64,000 nucleotides of DNA. It comes from Chthoniobacteraceae bacterium (lineage in GTDB: Bacteria > Verrucomicrobiota > Verrucomicrobiia > Chthoniobacterales > Chthoniobacteraceae). Made by a program: the position numbers and the translations under genes. Below are positions 55,701 through 64,000 of the stretch, piece by piece (the first letter of the stretch is position 1; each line of letters begins with the position of its first letter). The stretch is from contig CANJNZ010000009.1 in assembly GCA_947476045.1 (NCBI GenBank), positions 9,564-73,563 of the forward strand, read 5' to 3'. The notes below the pieces were generated by a model, which worked only from the letters and a program-made list of their open reading frames with translations, searched no databases and was not told the DNA's origin.

Positions 55701-58700
55701 ACGATGTCGTTTTGCCCGCTGGTGGACGCCACAGTTCCAATCGTCTCGGAGTAGTGAACGTTGGCAGCGGTGGCGTTGTTGAAGTAAAGCTGGCCGCCAT
55801 AGGTGGTGATGGTGCCGCCGTTGTTCACGCGATCCACATAGCTTTCGTTGGCACCGCTGGTGACCACCTGCAGATAAGTGCCGGGAGCGATGGAGATGCC
55901 GGAGGAGGATGCAATCGAGCCGCCCTGGCCGCTGACGTAAATGCTGCCGCCATTGATCGTGGTCGCACCGCTGTAGGTGTTGGCACCGCTGAGATACATC
56001 TGGTAGCCACCATTCTTCGTCAGACCGCCTGCACCGCTGATGGCACCGTTGATGGTGGGAGTGTTCTGAGCATTGGAGGCTAACACCGTGTTGATCGTGA
56101 GCAGGTTCCCCTGATTGTCCACGTTGCCGTTGATGGTCAGGAAATTCCTTCCGTAATTGGGCGGGCTGACGAACGGGCTGTTGATCGTCCAAGTCTGGGC
56201 TGCGGCCAGCTTAATGTCGGGATTGATGGTGATGGTCTGTTGATCCGGAGCGCTGATGAGGTTGATGCCGCCGCTGCCGAGCGTCAGGGTGTAACCGTCT
56301 GCGTTGAAGTTCAGCGAGTTGGTGACGTTGGTGGTGTTGATCGTCAGGCTCTTGATGCTCATGTCCGAGCCGAGAAGCGAATTGGTCCACGCGTCGTTTC
56401 CAGCTGGGGATGCCCCGATGACGACATCGGTGTTGATCCCCGGGATGAGCCCCTGAGCCGCCCCAGCCGGGGAGATTGAGGACCAGTTGCTGGCCGTGGA
56501 GCCGTTGGATGCCGTCCAAGTTGTCGTCGCGCCGCTCAGTCCGCCCCTCCAGTAGGCAGTCGTAAGCGCCGTGGCGCTGGTGACAGCCACCTGCAGAGCC
56601 GTGGCGGAACGGGTGAAGGCACCCACTGTGAAGTTCGTGTTGTTATACACGAAGCCAATCGTCGGGGCCGTGGCCGGGTTCAGCGAGCTGCCCGCACCGC
56701 CGCTGATGAGCGTGTAGGTGCCATTGGCCGGCGCAACTCCGGGCACTCCGTAGATGTCAATGCTCTGCGCGGCGTTCGCGATGGTCGCGATGCCGGTGAC
56801 GTTGATCGCGGCGCTGGTCGTCGTCGCGCCGATGGCGGCTCCGAGCCTTGCGATGACCGGGGTCGTGAGGTTGGTCGCGCCGGTGAAGGTCAGCGCGCCC
56901 TGGATTGTCAATGCGGCGTCGGTCGTCGGGTTGTAGGTGAAATTCGCGCCTGTGGCCACGGTCACGCCGGCTGTGTTGCCGCTGCCGCCCAGCGCGTTCG
57001 CGCTGCGGGCGACCAAGGTGCCGCCGCTGTTGAGGCGCATCTGGCCCGTGGTGCTGGTGGTGCCGTCAATGACCAGTGTGCCTGCGTTCACGATGGTCGC
57101 GCCGCTGTAGGTGTTATTGCCCGTGAGCAAGAGCTTGCCGCCGCTGTTCTTGGCCAGCCCGGCGGTGCCGCTGATGATGGCCGGGATGTGCATATCATTG
57201 CCCGCATTCGAGCTGTCGTTGATGTTGAAATCACGCGCGCTGAAGGAAGGCACGCTGGTGTATTGATTGATGCCGGAGTTGTATTGCGTCAGGTTCGCCG
57301 TGCCCAGTGCGAGGTTGCCGGTGATTTTTGCGGAGTAGATGATGCTACCCGAATCATATGTGACGGTGCCACCCAGCGTCAGCGGATTCGATGCATCGCC
57401 GGTGGCGATCAGGGATGAGCCGCCGGTAACATTCGTTGTGAGACCGTTGTTGCCGATCACCGTGGTGCCGCCCATGTTCAGCGTGCCGATGGTGAGTGCG
57501 ATATTATTGGTCGCCAGATCCAGCGTGGCGGTGTGCAAGCCGAGCTGGCTGGCCACGGTCAGATTCGTGCCGGTCGGGATGGCTCCCGCCACAGTCGGGC
57601 GCAGGATGCCGCCGACAACAGCAGTCGAGCCGTTGTAAGTATTGCCTGCGTTGGTGAGAGTCAGGAGACCCGCGCCGCCTTTGATCAAGCCGCCGCCGGA
57701 GGACGAACCACCGCTGGTGCCGGCTGCGTTACCGTAACCGCTGAGGACACCGGCAAACTCCACGTCGCCATAGGTGTTGAACCAGCGTGACGCGAATCCG
57801 AAGTCCATCGGTGCGCTGAATGTGAGTTTACCACCAACAATACCGGAGCCGAGATTGCCGGCGATGTTGCCGTTGTTGCCGCTGAAAGCGACGGAGTTGA
57901 TAATCGTGCGTGACGTGACGTCGGAGGCAAGACCGCCACCATTGAATACAACGCGCCCCCTGCCGATTGCGCCGCTGGTAACCGAGCCGACCGAGCCGAC
58001 CGAGTTGACGCCGATTTGAATCACACCGCCAGTGAGGATGGTGTCGCCGGTGTAGGTGTTCTGGTTATTGAGGCTCAAATTTCCCGAACCAGCTTTCTCA
58101 ATGGAGTTGACCGTCGTGCCGTTGCTGACCACGCCGTTGAAGACGACAGCGGCGGCGTTGGCGACGTTGATCGTGCGCCATGCGCCGGGGGTCGTGCCCA
58201 GCGAAACGGTGTTGGTGAAGGTCGCGCTGTAGTTGCTGCTCGCTCCGTAACCCATGAAACCATTGAGGACCAACGGATTGGTGAACGTGGGGAGTTGCAC
58301 GTTCTCGTTGTCAAAAGTGCCGCCCGCAAAGGTGATCGTGCCGGTGCCGAACGACGCAGCGCTGGCCGCGTTGATGAACAACGTGCCCGCGTTGAGCACG
58401 GTGCCGCCGGTGTAGGTGTTCGCGCCGCGCAGATACAGGTTCTGATACCCGCTCTTCACCAGCGTCAATGCGCCAGTGTTGTTCGCGATTGGGGCATTGA
58501 TATAAATGCCACCCAAGTCACTGGTGGTCACATAGAGGTTTGAGGCGGAGGTTGTATTCTGCCGGATCACGCCACCGCTGCTGTTGATGCTCCAGTTGCC
58601 GTTGGAGTGATTGAGCAGACCGTTGGTCTCGAGGTTGTAAGCACTGAGATCCAACGTGTCGTTGCTGCCCACGTCTCGCAGGGCCATCATGGTCCGTGTG

Positions 58701-61700
58701 CCGGTGAGGGTGGCGTTGCCGCTGCCTCCGCCGCCGGGCGTGGTGCCCGTGGTGTAGGCCTTGGTCGCATCCGACCATGTGGACTGATCCGAACTGCTGA
58801 TATTCGCCGCGACGATGTTGGCGGAGCCGTCATAGACCGCGTAGTCGGTTTGCTGGCCATTGGAGAAACCAACTGTCGCCCACGGCCCGATGATCTCCCC
58901 TGCGGGCGTCGCCGTGACCCCGGTGACCTTGATCATGTTCGTAGTTGCGTTCAACCCGGTCCTGGCGTTGGTCCAGTTGGTTGCGGCGCTCTGTGAAGAG
59001 AAGGTGACCACCGAGGTGTTCGATGCGCCGGTGCGTGTCAGGCCGCTGAGAGTCAGCGTCTGGCTGTTGCCTGCGTTGGTTTGGTCGTTGTTGAGGATGA
59101 TGTCGAACTGCCCTGCGTTCAGCGCCACCGAGCCTGTGGTCTGGGCATAGACGGAATTCACACTTGTGGTGTTATTGAACTGCAGATTGCCACCGTAGCT
59201 GGCAATGCCCGCACCGGTCCCGAGGCGGGTGCTGCTGTTCCGGATGTCGTTATTTGAGATGTTGTTGTCCAGTCGCAGCGATGCACCGCTGCCGATCACG
59301 ATGCTGCCGGACGTGGCAATCGAAGCAATGGCACCCGAGAGCCTCAACTGGCCGCCGTAGATATTCGTAGCACCCGTGTAGGTGTTGACGCCTTGGAGTT
59401 GGAGCACACCGTTGTTGGTCTTGGTCAGCGCACCATTTTGCAACTGAGCGCTGTAGTTGAAATTCACGTCTGGATCACCAGCGCCATCGGCGATGTTGAA
59501 CGTGGCTGCGCCATTCATGTCCACGTTCAGGTTGGAGAAGGTCGCGGTGCCTGGGTTCAGACTCGAGTATGGCTGGCTGTAGGTTAGCGCATTGGCGCCG
59601 CCGGTGAGCGTCAACGTGCTGGTGCCGAGCGAGCTGGTGATGTTCTGCGTGCCGTTGGCTTGCAGCGAGCTGATGTTCAGATTGCTCAGCGACTGGCTGA
59701 AACCGTTCAGATCGAAGGTGGCGGTGCCTCCGACGCTGACGAGACCGAAGGTATTCGACGACGGGATGGCGCTGTTGATGCCCAATTTGAGGGTGCCGTT
59801 GCTCACCAGCGTCGGGCCGGTGAGGGTGTTCACCGCCGAGAGCGTCCATGTGCCGGTGTTTGACTTGGTCAGCGAGGCCACGGTGCTGTCAATGACCCGC
59901 GCAAATCTGCCGAACGCGGTGGTGCCGTTGAGCATCAGATTGTGGCTGTTTCCAACGAACGTGCCGCTGCCGCCGATGAGCACGTTATTGCCGATGCTCG
60001 AGTCGCTTTGCAGGCTGATATTCCCATTCCATGCCGCCACGGTGCCGTTGGTGTTGTTCAGCGTGATGTTGCCGGTGGCGTAGCTGTTGTTGCCGTTGAG
60101 GACGAGCGCCGGGGTCGTGTAGAGCGACTGTCCGTTGAGATTCAACGTGGAATTGATGTCATTGATGGTGACCGTGCCGTTGCCATTGCCCAGCGGGCTG
60201 GCTCCGGGTGCTCCCGAGCCATCCAACTGGATCGTTCCGTAGTTGATCGTGGTGTTGCCGGCGTAGGTGTTCGGCGCGGAGATGTTGAGGTTCTGGCTGC
60301 CCATCTTGGTCAGGCCACCGGCACCACTGATCACGCCGTAGAGGTTCACATTCTGGCCCGAGGCGGAGTTGACCGTCAGCAGGTTGCCGTTGTTGTTGAC
60401 GTTTCCATAGACGTTCAAAATGTTGTTCCCGAGGGCCACGTTGGGAGTCTGAGGATTGAAGTTTGTTGTATTATTGAGAGTCCATGTCTGGGCTCCATTC
60501 AGCACGAGGTTGGCACCGATGGTGATGTTCTGGTTCTGCCTGCCGCCGAGCACGCTGAGTCCGCCGGTGCCGATCGTCAGGCTGTAGCCGTCGGGGCTGA
60601 GGACAAAGTTGTCGTCCACGAAGTTATTGAACGTCAGGCTCTTGATGCTCATGTCCGTGCCGAGCGTCGTGCCGTTGGGCGACTGCACAGCCGCCGTGCC
60701 ACCGATGCTGGCAGCGAAAAACACATCGGTGCCAGACCCAGGGATGAGAACCTGACTCGTGCCCGCGAGGGTCGTGGCCCAGTTGCTGGCTGCGTTAGGA
60801 CCCGCGCTACCGGCAATACCGCTGGACGCCGCCCAGACCTGCGTGCCGACCGTCGCACCACCACGCCAGTAGGCGGTGGTGATCGGCGTGGCACTGGTGA
60901 TGCTCAATTGCAGATCCGTAGCCGAGCGCGTAAAGGCGGCCGCGCTGCCGAGCGTGAAGTCCGTGTTGTTATAGACGGCGTTTATTGTCGGAGCCGTGAC
61001 CGGATTCAGTGAACTGCCAGCTCCACCACTGATCAGGGTGTAGGTGGTCGTCCCGTTGGGAATAGCAGCCCCGATTCCGAAGACATTGATCTTGTGCGCG
61101 GCGTTCGTGATTTGCGCGGCACCTGCGACGTTGATCCGGGCACTGGTCGCCGAAGCACCGATGGAACTGCCGATGATCGTGCTGGCACCGCCCGTGATGG
61201 TCAGCGGGCCACCGATGGCCAGTTGCGCGTCAGCCTGGGCATTATAGTTCGTCGTCAGGTTCGTGGCCACCGTCATACCTGCGGTGTTGGCGTTGCCGCC
61301 GAGGGCATTGGCGCTGCGGGCGACGAGCGTGCCGGTGGTCTGCGTGATCGGCTGGGTGCTGAGGTTGCTGCCTGTGATGAACAGGGTGCCGCCGTTGAGC
61401 AGGATGCCGCCGGTGAAGGTGTTGTTGGCCGGGAGTTGCAGCATCCCTGCGCCGGTCTTGTTGATCCCGACGCCAGAGCCGGAGATGACGGCGTTGATGT
61501 TTAAATCGGCTCCTGCGTTGGTGCTGTCGCCGACGACAATGCTGCGGGCGAAGTATGGAGTCGCGCCGAGGTTGTTCACCACGGGGTTGTTCACCACGAG
61601 GTTCAGTGTGCCGAGGGCGAGCTTGCCGTTGATGACCGAGGAGTAGGTATTTTGACCGCTGGTATTATAAGTGAGGTCGCCACCGAGGGTCAGTGTCGCT

Positions 61701-64000
61701 GTCCCGGTGTTGATCAGGGCATAATTCGTAGAAGCACCGTTGAAGGTGTTATTGTTGCCGTAAACGTTGTTGTAGCCACCTATCGAGAGTGTGCCGACGG
61801 TGAGGTCAATGCTGTTGGTCGCCAGATCCAGCGTTGCGGTGCCAAGACTGGCGGTGGGGGAGACAACCATGTTGGTGTTGGCCGGAATCGCGCCGACGAC
61901 CGTCGGACGCAGGACGCCGCCGCCCACCACGGTGATGCCCTGATAGCTGTTATTGGCGTTGGTGAGGGTCAGGATGCCGAGGCCAGTCTTGGCCAGACCG
62001 CCGCCGGCGGTGCCGCTGTTGCCGCTGATGATGCCGTCAATCTGCACATCGCTGGGCATATCAATCCTGCGCGGTGCGAAGCCGAGATCGAACCCGGCGC
62101 TGAAGGTGAGTTTGCCGTTGTAAAATGCATCACCCAGCGTGGCGCTTTGGTTGTTCGCGCTGCCGTTGAAGGAGACGGGGTTGAGAATCGTGCGGGCTGC
62201 GGTGCCGAAGGAGGCGATGCCGCCGCCGTTGAAGACGAGGTTGCCGGTGCCGATCGGGCTGCTGGTGATGGAGCCCACGGTGCCGTCGTTGGCACCAGCG
62301 AGCAGGATTTTTCCGTCGCGGATGATGGTGCTCGTGTAGGTGTTGGCACCGGAGAGAATGAGGTTGCCGTTGCCGAGTTTCTCGATGGCGTTGACCGTCG
62401 TGCCATTGCTGACGATGCCTTTGAAGACCAGATTGGTGGAGTTGGCGACGTTGATCGTCCGCCTGTCGCCGGGCGACGTGCCCAGCGTGAAGTTGCTGCT
62501 GAGGACAAGATTGTTGCTGCCGGTGCCGCCCCAGCCCATCGCACCATTGAGAACGACGGCATTGCCAAGCGTCGGGAGCTGGATGCTGTCATTGTCCAGC
62601 GTGCCGCCGGCGAAGGTGATTGCGCCAGTGCCGCCAAATGTCTGGGCGCTGGTGGCGTTGAGGAACAAGGATCCCCCGTTCAGTGTCGTGCCGCCTGTGT
62701 AGGTGTTCGGTCCATACAGATACAGACTCTGACCGCCCGATTTCACGAGGGAGACAGCGCCGCCGTTGTCGGTGATTGGGGCATAGACGTTCAAGCGTTG
62801 CCGGCCTGCGGTCAGATAGAGATTGCCGCCGCCGCTCGGGGTGGTCAGCGCGCCGCCGGCTGAGTTGATGTTCCATTGGTTTTGCCCGCCATTGAGAATG
62901 CCGTAAGTCAACAGGTTGAACTGCTGCATGTTCAGGGTGTCGTTGTTCCCGTTGCCGCGCAGGGCCGCCATCGTCCGGTTGTCCGTCAGGTTGAAGTTGA
63001 AGTTGCCACCGGTGCCCGCCGTGTAGGAATTGGTCGTCGAAGTCGTCCACGAGGAGTCATCAGTCACACCCGTGATGGCTGCCGGGAGAATCCTGCCCGA
63101 AGCGTCATACACCGCGTAGTCGCGCTGGTCGCCGCTGCTCACGCCGGTCGTGGCCCAAGGCGCGATGATCTGGCCCGCTGTGGTCGCCGCTGAAATCGCG
63201 TTGTTGCGGATGATGTTGGTCGTCGCGTTCGGCTGCGTGGTCGTTGCAGAGAAGGTGGCAACCGAGGTGTTCGACGCGCCGGTGTGGGTCAGGTCGCTCA
63301 GGATCAGGGTCTGGGTGTTTCCTGCACCGCCGGTCTGATCGTTGTTGAGCAGCACATTGAACTGGCCGTTGTTCAGCCCGAGCGAACCGACGGTCTCCGA
63401 ATAAACGACGCCTGCGCTTAGCGTGTTTTGGAACTGAAGATTGCCGCCGTAGCTGGTGATGCCGGCGCTGTCCTTGACGCGATTGATACCGGTCATCTGC
63501 TGGGTGTTGGTCAACAGCAACGTGGCATCACCGCCGATGGCGATGCTCGATGACTGGTTGATCGTGCCGAGGTTGTTGTTAATCTGAAGGGTGCCGCCGT
63601 AGATATTTGTCGCGCCGGTGTAGGTATTGACGCCTTGCAGGATGAGGGTGCCGTTGGGATTGGTCTTGGTCAGGTCTCCGTTCTGGATGATCGAGGTGAC
63701 GGTCACGCCAGCGCCTTGGCCGACGTTGAAAGTCGCGGCACCGTTGAGATCCACGGTGTTGACGGAGATGGTCGCAGCGCCAGCGGTCATGCTGCTGGAA
63801 ACGTTGTTGTAGGTGAACGCCGTGGCTCCGCCGGAGAGCGTCAGGGTGCTGAGGCTGGCGACGTTCGCATTGGTCACGGTGGTCGTGCCGTTGTTCGTCA
63901 GCGCGCTCATGGTCAGGCTGCCGAGGTTCTGATTGAATCCGTTGAGATCCAAAATAGGGTTGCCGCCGACACTGAACAGCGTCATCGCGTTGCCAGATTT
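49706..64000 (-). CDS. giant (>4760 aa, N-terminus outside window) autotransporter-associated beta-strand repeat protein with PA14-like insert and C-terminal PEP-CTERM anchor
   Basis: The frame stays open to the window edge: codons upstream of the listed ATG at 63985 read K-S-G-N-A. It has the same repeat type as the neighbouring gene. C-terminus 'VPEPGAAVSLLGGLGLLLGARRRRK'. Confidence 0.9.
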   Translation of the reverse strand, partial: KSGNAMTLFSVGGNPILDLNGFNQNLGSLTMSALTNNGTTTVTNANVASLSTLTLSGGATAFTYNNVSSSMTAGAATISVNTVDLNGAATFNVGQGAGVTVTSIIQNGDLTKTNPNGTLILQGVNTYTGATNIYGGTLQINNNLGTINQSSSIAIGGDATLLLTNTQQMTGINRVKDSAGITSYGGNLQFQNTLSAGVVYSETVGSLGLNNGQFNVLLNNDQTGGAGNTQTLILSDLTHTGASNTSVATFSATTTQPNATTNIIRNNAISAATTAGQIIAPWATTGVSSGDQRDYAVYDASGRILPAAITGVTDDSSWTTSTTNSYTAGTGGNFNFNLTDNRTMAALRGNGNNDTLNMQQFNLLTYGILNGGQNQWNINSAGGALTTPSGGGNLYLTAGRQRLNVYAPITDNGGAVSLVKSGGQSLYLYGPNTYTGGTTLNGGSLFLNATSAQTFGGTGAITFAGGTLDNDSIQLPTLGNAVVLNGAMGWGGTGSNNLVLSSNFTLGTSPGDRRTINVANSTNLVFKGIVSNGTTVNAIEKLGNGNLILSGANTYTSTIIRDGKILLAGANDGTVGSITSSPIGTGNLVFNGGGIASFGTAARTILNPVSFNGSANNQSATLGDAFYNGKLTFSAGFDLGFAPRRIDMPSDVQIDGIISGNSGTAGGGLAKTGLGILTLTNANNSYQGITVVGGGVLRPTVVGAIPANTNMVVSPTASLGTATLDLATNSIDLTVGTLSIGGYNNVYGNNNTFNGASTNYALINTGTATLTLGGDLTYNTSGQNTYSSVINGKLALGTLNLVVNNPVVNNLGATPYFARSIVVGDSTNAGADLNINAVISGSGVGINKTGAGMLQLPANNTFTGGILLNGGTLFITGSNLSTQPITQTTGTLVARSANALGGNANTAGMTVATNLTTNYNAQADAQLAIGGPLTITGGASTIIGSSIGASATSARINVAGAAQITNAAHKINVFGIGAAIPNGTTTYTLISGGAGSSLNPVTAPTINAVYNNTDFTLGSAAAFTRSATDLQLSITSATPITTAYWRGGATVGTQVWAASSGIAGSAGPNAASNWATTLAGTSQVLIPGSGTDVFFAASIGGTAAVQSPNGTTLGTDMSIKSLTFNNFVDDNFVLSPDGYSLTIGTGGLSVLGGRQNQNITIGANLVLNGAQTWTLNNTTNFNPQTPNVALGNNILNVYGNVNNNGNLLTVNSASGQNVNLYGVISGAGGLTKMGSQNLNISAPNTYAGNTTINYGTIQLDGSGAPGASPLGNGNGTVTINDINSTLNLNGQSLYTTPALVLNGNNSYATGNITLNNTNGTVAAWNGNISLQSDSSIGNNVLIGGSGTFVGNSHNLMLNGTTAFGRFARVIDSTVASLTKSNTGTWTLSAVNTLTGPTLVSNGTLKLGINSAIPSSNTFGLVSVGGTATFDLNGFSQSLSNLNISSLQANGTQNITSSLGTSTLTLTGGANALTYSQPYSSLNPGTATFSNLNVDMNGAATFNIADGAGDPDVNFNYSAQLQNGALTKTNNGVLQLQGVNTYTGATNIYGGQLRLSGAIASIATSGSIVIGSGASLRLDNNISNNDIRNSSTRLGTGAGIASYGGNLQFNNTTSVNSVYAQTTGSVALNAGQFDIILNNDQTNAGNSQTLTLSGLTRTGASNTSVVTFSSQSAATNWTNARTGLNATTNMIKVTGVTATPAGEIIGPWATVGFSNGQQTDYAVYDGSANIVAANISSSDQSTWSDATKAYTTGTTPGGGGSGNATLTGTRTMMALRDVGSNDTLDLSAYNLETNGLLNHSNGNWSINSSGGVIRQNTTSASNLYVTTSDLGGIYINAPIANNTGALTLVKSGYQNLYLRGANTYTGGTVLNAGTLFINAASAASFGTGTITFAGGTFDNENVQLPTFTNPLVLNGFMGYGASSNYSATFTNTVSLGTTPGAWRTINVANAAAVVFNGVVSNGTTVNSIEKAGSGNLSLNNQNTYTGDTILTGGVIQIGVNSVGSVGSVTSGAIGRGRVVFNGGGLASDVTSRTIINSVAFSGNNGNIAGNLGSGIVGGKLTFSAPMDFGFASRWFNTYGDVEFAGVLSGYGNAAGTSGGSSSGGGLIKGGAGLLTLTNAGNTYNGSTAVVGGILRPTVAGAIPTGTNLTVASQLGLHTATLDLATNNIALTIGTLNMGGTTVIGNNGLTTNVTGGSSLIATGDASNPLTLGGTVTYDSGSIIYSAKITGNLALGTANLTQYNSGINQYTSVPSFSARDFNINDSSNAGNDMHIPAIISGTAGLAKNSGGKLLLTGNNTYSGATIVNAGTLVIDGTTSTTGQMRLNSGGTLVARSANALGGSGNTAGVTVATGANFTYNPTTDAALTIQGALTFTGATNLTTPVIARLGAAIGATTTSAAINVTGIATIANAAQSIDIYGVPGVAPANGTYTLISGGAGSSLNPATAPTIGFVYNNTNFTVGAFTRSATALQVAVTSATALTTAYWRGGLSGATTTWTASNGSTASNWSSISPAGAAQGLIPGINTDVVIGASPAGNDAWTNSLLGSDMSIKSLTINTTNVTNSLNFNADGYTLTLGSGGINLISAPDQQTITINPDIKLAAAQTWTINSPFVSPPNYGRNFLTINGNVDNQGNLLTINTVLASNAQNTPTINGAISGAGGLTKNGGYQMYLSGANTYSGATTINGGSIYVSGQGGSIASSSGISIAPGTYLQVVTSGANESYVDRVNNGGTITTYGGQLYFNNATAANVHYSETIGTVASTSGQNDIVLQSNASAANNTQTLILGGLTHTGASNTSAVTFSSPPDVNYNNTGLNTTTNIVKVTGATQTAAGQIIAPWATVGTSNVNQRDYAVYDANGNIAGANIAGSAETNWTNANYAYTMGDAAYANGTNINATTNVTLTANRTITALRNFGYNQTLTLGTNNLYTYGLLHGGRNQWYINTSGGVVTTPSGGGKLYITSGNNWENAFINLNPNVTDNGGAVTLVKSGGDRLYLRGTNTYTGGTVINAGTVFINNASALSTGGLNFAGGSLDTETTGLILPNNPVTINADFTFAASNNNSLNLGTGAVTLGTNPGTNRTIYVNNNSLLTIGGVISNGTTANSLTKANSATLVLSGANTYTGSTTITGGTLNVTNASGLGSGSGNNVSLAQSTALNYIASADAPLAIGGTLSITSGGSTTIGGTVGATTTSAQVNVAGLATATTGAVKVNVYGINGVSPSTGTYTLFNSANGSSTLNNPTYSLGFVYNNTNFSVGTPTGTATSVTVPITSVAGLTSAYWKGGLSGATNLWAASNGSVSNWVTDLGGTATALVPGATTDVFLSATSISQNPNDMKLGADMTIKSLTITNVSTPNDVNLNSDGSTLTIGTGGLTMNSGAPVGGNATFNANLTMSAAQSWTNNNNGRTLVINGSVANGGNLLTIAGNGPTNLNGAISGAGGLTMNATNNLVLAGANTFGGGVTLNAGTLYVNNATALGATSGTFTINGGSINQNANGAGITNANNNPITINANFTYGADNNWNLNLGTGAVSLGTTAGTTRTITTNNAGTLTLGGAISDGTTANALTKAGTGTLALFGASSYSGPTTISVGTVQINGANSLGDFTQVTNTISMAANTTLRSIANTYDLGVNRTINMTGAATIQSDAGTLTVSGAVTNGSHLLTVTGAGNTTFGAAIGSGNGGITKTGLGTLTLGGTNTYTGATTINGGTVLVNGTTVAGSAFTITNLNDNTTVTIGGTGTISGAVALSATSAIARVNRITAADIGGYGTLTLGGGLTFGSGAVGYFDIQDITTRDFLSITGNLTAASGTVIGVSTGLAANTYPLIGYTGTASALTNYSLQTLGGAVAPAGYYLTLAGGALNLVVAADKVWTGGAPSADDNWTTADNWSSPVIGGEIVHFYGPNRVTPNNDFTPGTVFAGVSFDSGAAGFTVGGNSIDMAGDLANNSSTNQVVNLAMSLSRAAGTTVSSVSNNLTLGGILSDGTSAGKLVKTGAGSVTLTAANGYTGGNTVNAGTLAVSGSGTLGATTGPLTVDGSTAIANLGTTSQTVGAVALKNSGQINNGTLTGSSYAVESGSVGAVLAGSGALTKTTSGTVTLSAANTFNGATTISAGAISAAHNSALQNTTVSVNSNNGLTFATGITAPTLGGLQGTGNITLATATSQAVTLNVGNNDATTTYSGVLSGAGGLTKVGNGTLRIVSATGNTYQGATVVSAGTLVLQGEATSAGINVSWFGNSFQADMNLDAATYDANTVGRSFTGSAGVLSKTPDGNVAAYTGQAIGFLTFPIGSIGGGENFTTAWSGRFTPNSTGNYNFASANDDHGVMYLDLDGNGTFASSERYGGTTGNFNASKSLTAGTTYNYLYMSHEDGGGESNNWYITKPGGSQVYVNSAGNADQGGSWTVITQVGGNNPLPVTTSVTIASGAILDINGNQQQIASLTGVGGASITNSHATINSILTISGTSGSTTFGGVISNGASTVALTKNGNSTQILTGANTYTGVTTVSGGTLQIGNGSTTGSIDGTSNVVLNSGGSLAFNRSDVATFSELVTGSGNMSQTGSGTTIMTANNSAFTGTVTVSTGTLLVNTGSLSGSTATVNGGVLGGASGTLGNVTVNSGGAIAAGDPASSGGIGEVTVSGNLTFSGTGAFNYQLNSDTAVLDLLTVTGALSISSGAVLNVSDLGSTNLYDNMNQTGPTALLIDYGTWDGGLFAGHPDDSVFTVGMNLVMISYNGDINNQFDNTSVTLTVVPEPGAAVSLLGGLGLLLGARRRRK
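50850..51330 (-). other. PA14-like module inserted in the giant protein (approximate bounds)
   Basis: 'FTTAWSGRFTPNSTGNYNFASANDDHGVMYLDLDGNG' and 'LTAGTTYNYLYMSHEDGGG' follow the PA14 (GLEYA-like) pattern. Confidence 0.65.

Noticed and set aside
59942-62863. Long plus-strand ORFs inside the giant genes (e.g. 59942-61012, 61652-62863, also 48639-49388 and 58016-58543)
   Set aside because: These are G/A/R/V/D-rich translations on the strand opposite GC-rich repetitive coding sequence. They recur with the repeat period and have no start context or motifs. They are typical shadow ORFs.

Overview
GC-rich (judged by eye, not computed), gene-dense chromosomal window. It most resembles a Verrucomicrobia/PVC-type diderm, for three reasons. 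Two giant proteins carry autotransporter-associated beta-strand repeats and end in PEP-CTERM sorting signals. There is an Amuc_1098-1102-like pilus-like gene cluster. Many genes lack obvious Shine-Dalgarno sequences. Most of the window is housekeeping: ispD, purU, rlmH, rnr, folB, bioD, coaE, rho, rnd, tsf, rpsB, pepF and peptidases. Four accessory blocks stand out. (1) 720-5579: a compact, translationally coupled operon of three small helical W-x-G/D proteins plus a 1287-aa membrane FtsK/SpoIIIE ATPase with three P-loop modules. This is the gene signature of a type VII (ESX/Ess)-like secretion system in an unexpected diderm context, with no other recognisable T7SS parts, and it is my best candidate for a poorly described system. 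(2) 12911-15567: a long coiled-coil ORF and an Hpt-like/receiver ORF that look like one gene split by a -1 frame change at an AAA-AAG slippery motif. (3) 22918-29953: a pilMNOPQ-like cluster containing an Amuc_1100-family protein and a TPR-secretin, with no pilin or ATPase in view. (4) 39846-64000: two tandem giant PEP-CTERM repeat proteins (3190 aa and more than 4760 aa, the second truncated by the window). They contain inserted LamG-like and PA14-like modules and three divergent kilo-residue super-repeats. By eye I saw no rRNA, tRNA, CRISPR array, transposase or integrase. The ORF track reports the longest ATG/GTG/TTG-initiated ORF, so I trimmed several starts by hand. All family calls rest on motif recognition and memory, not on searches.
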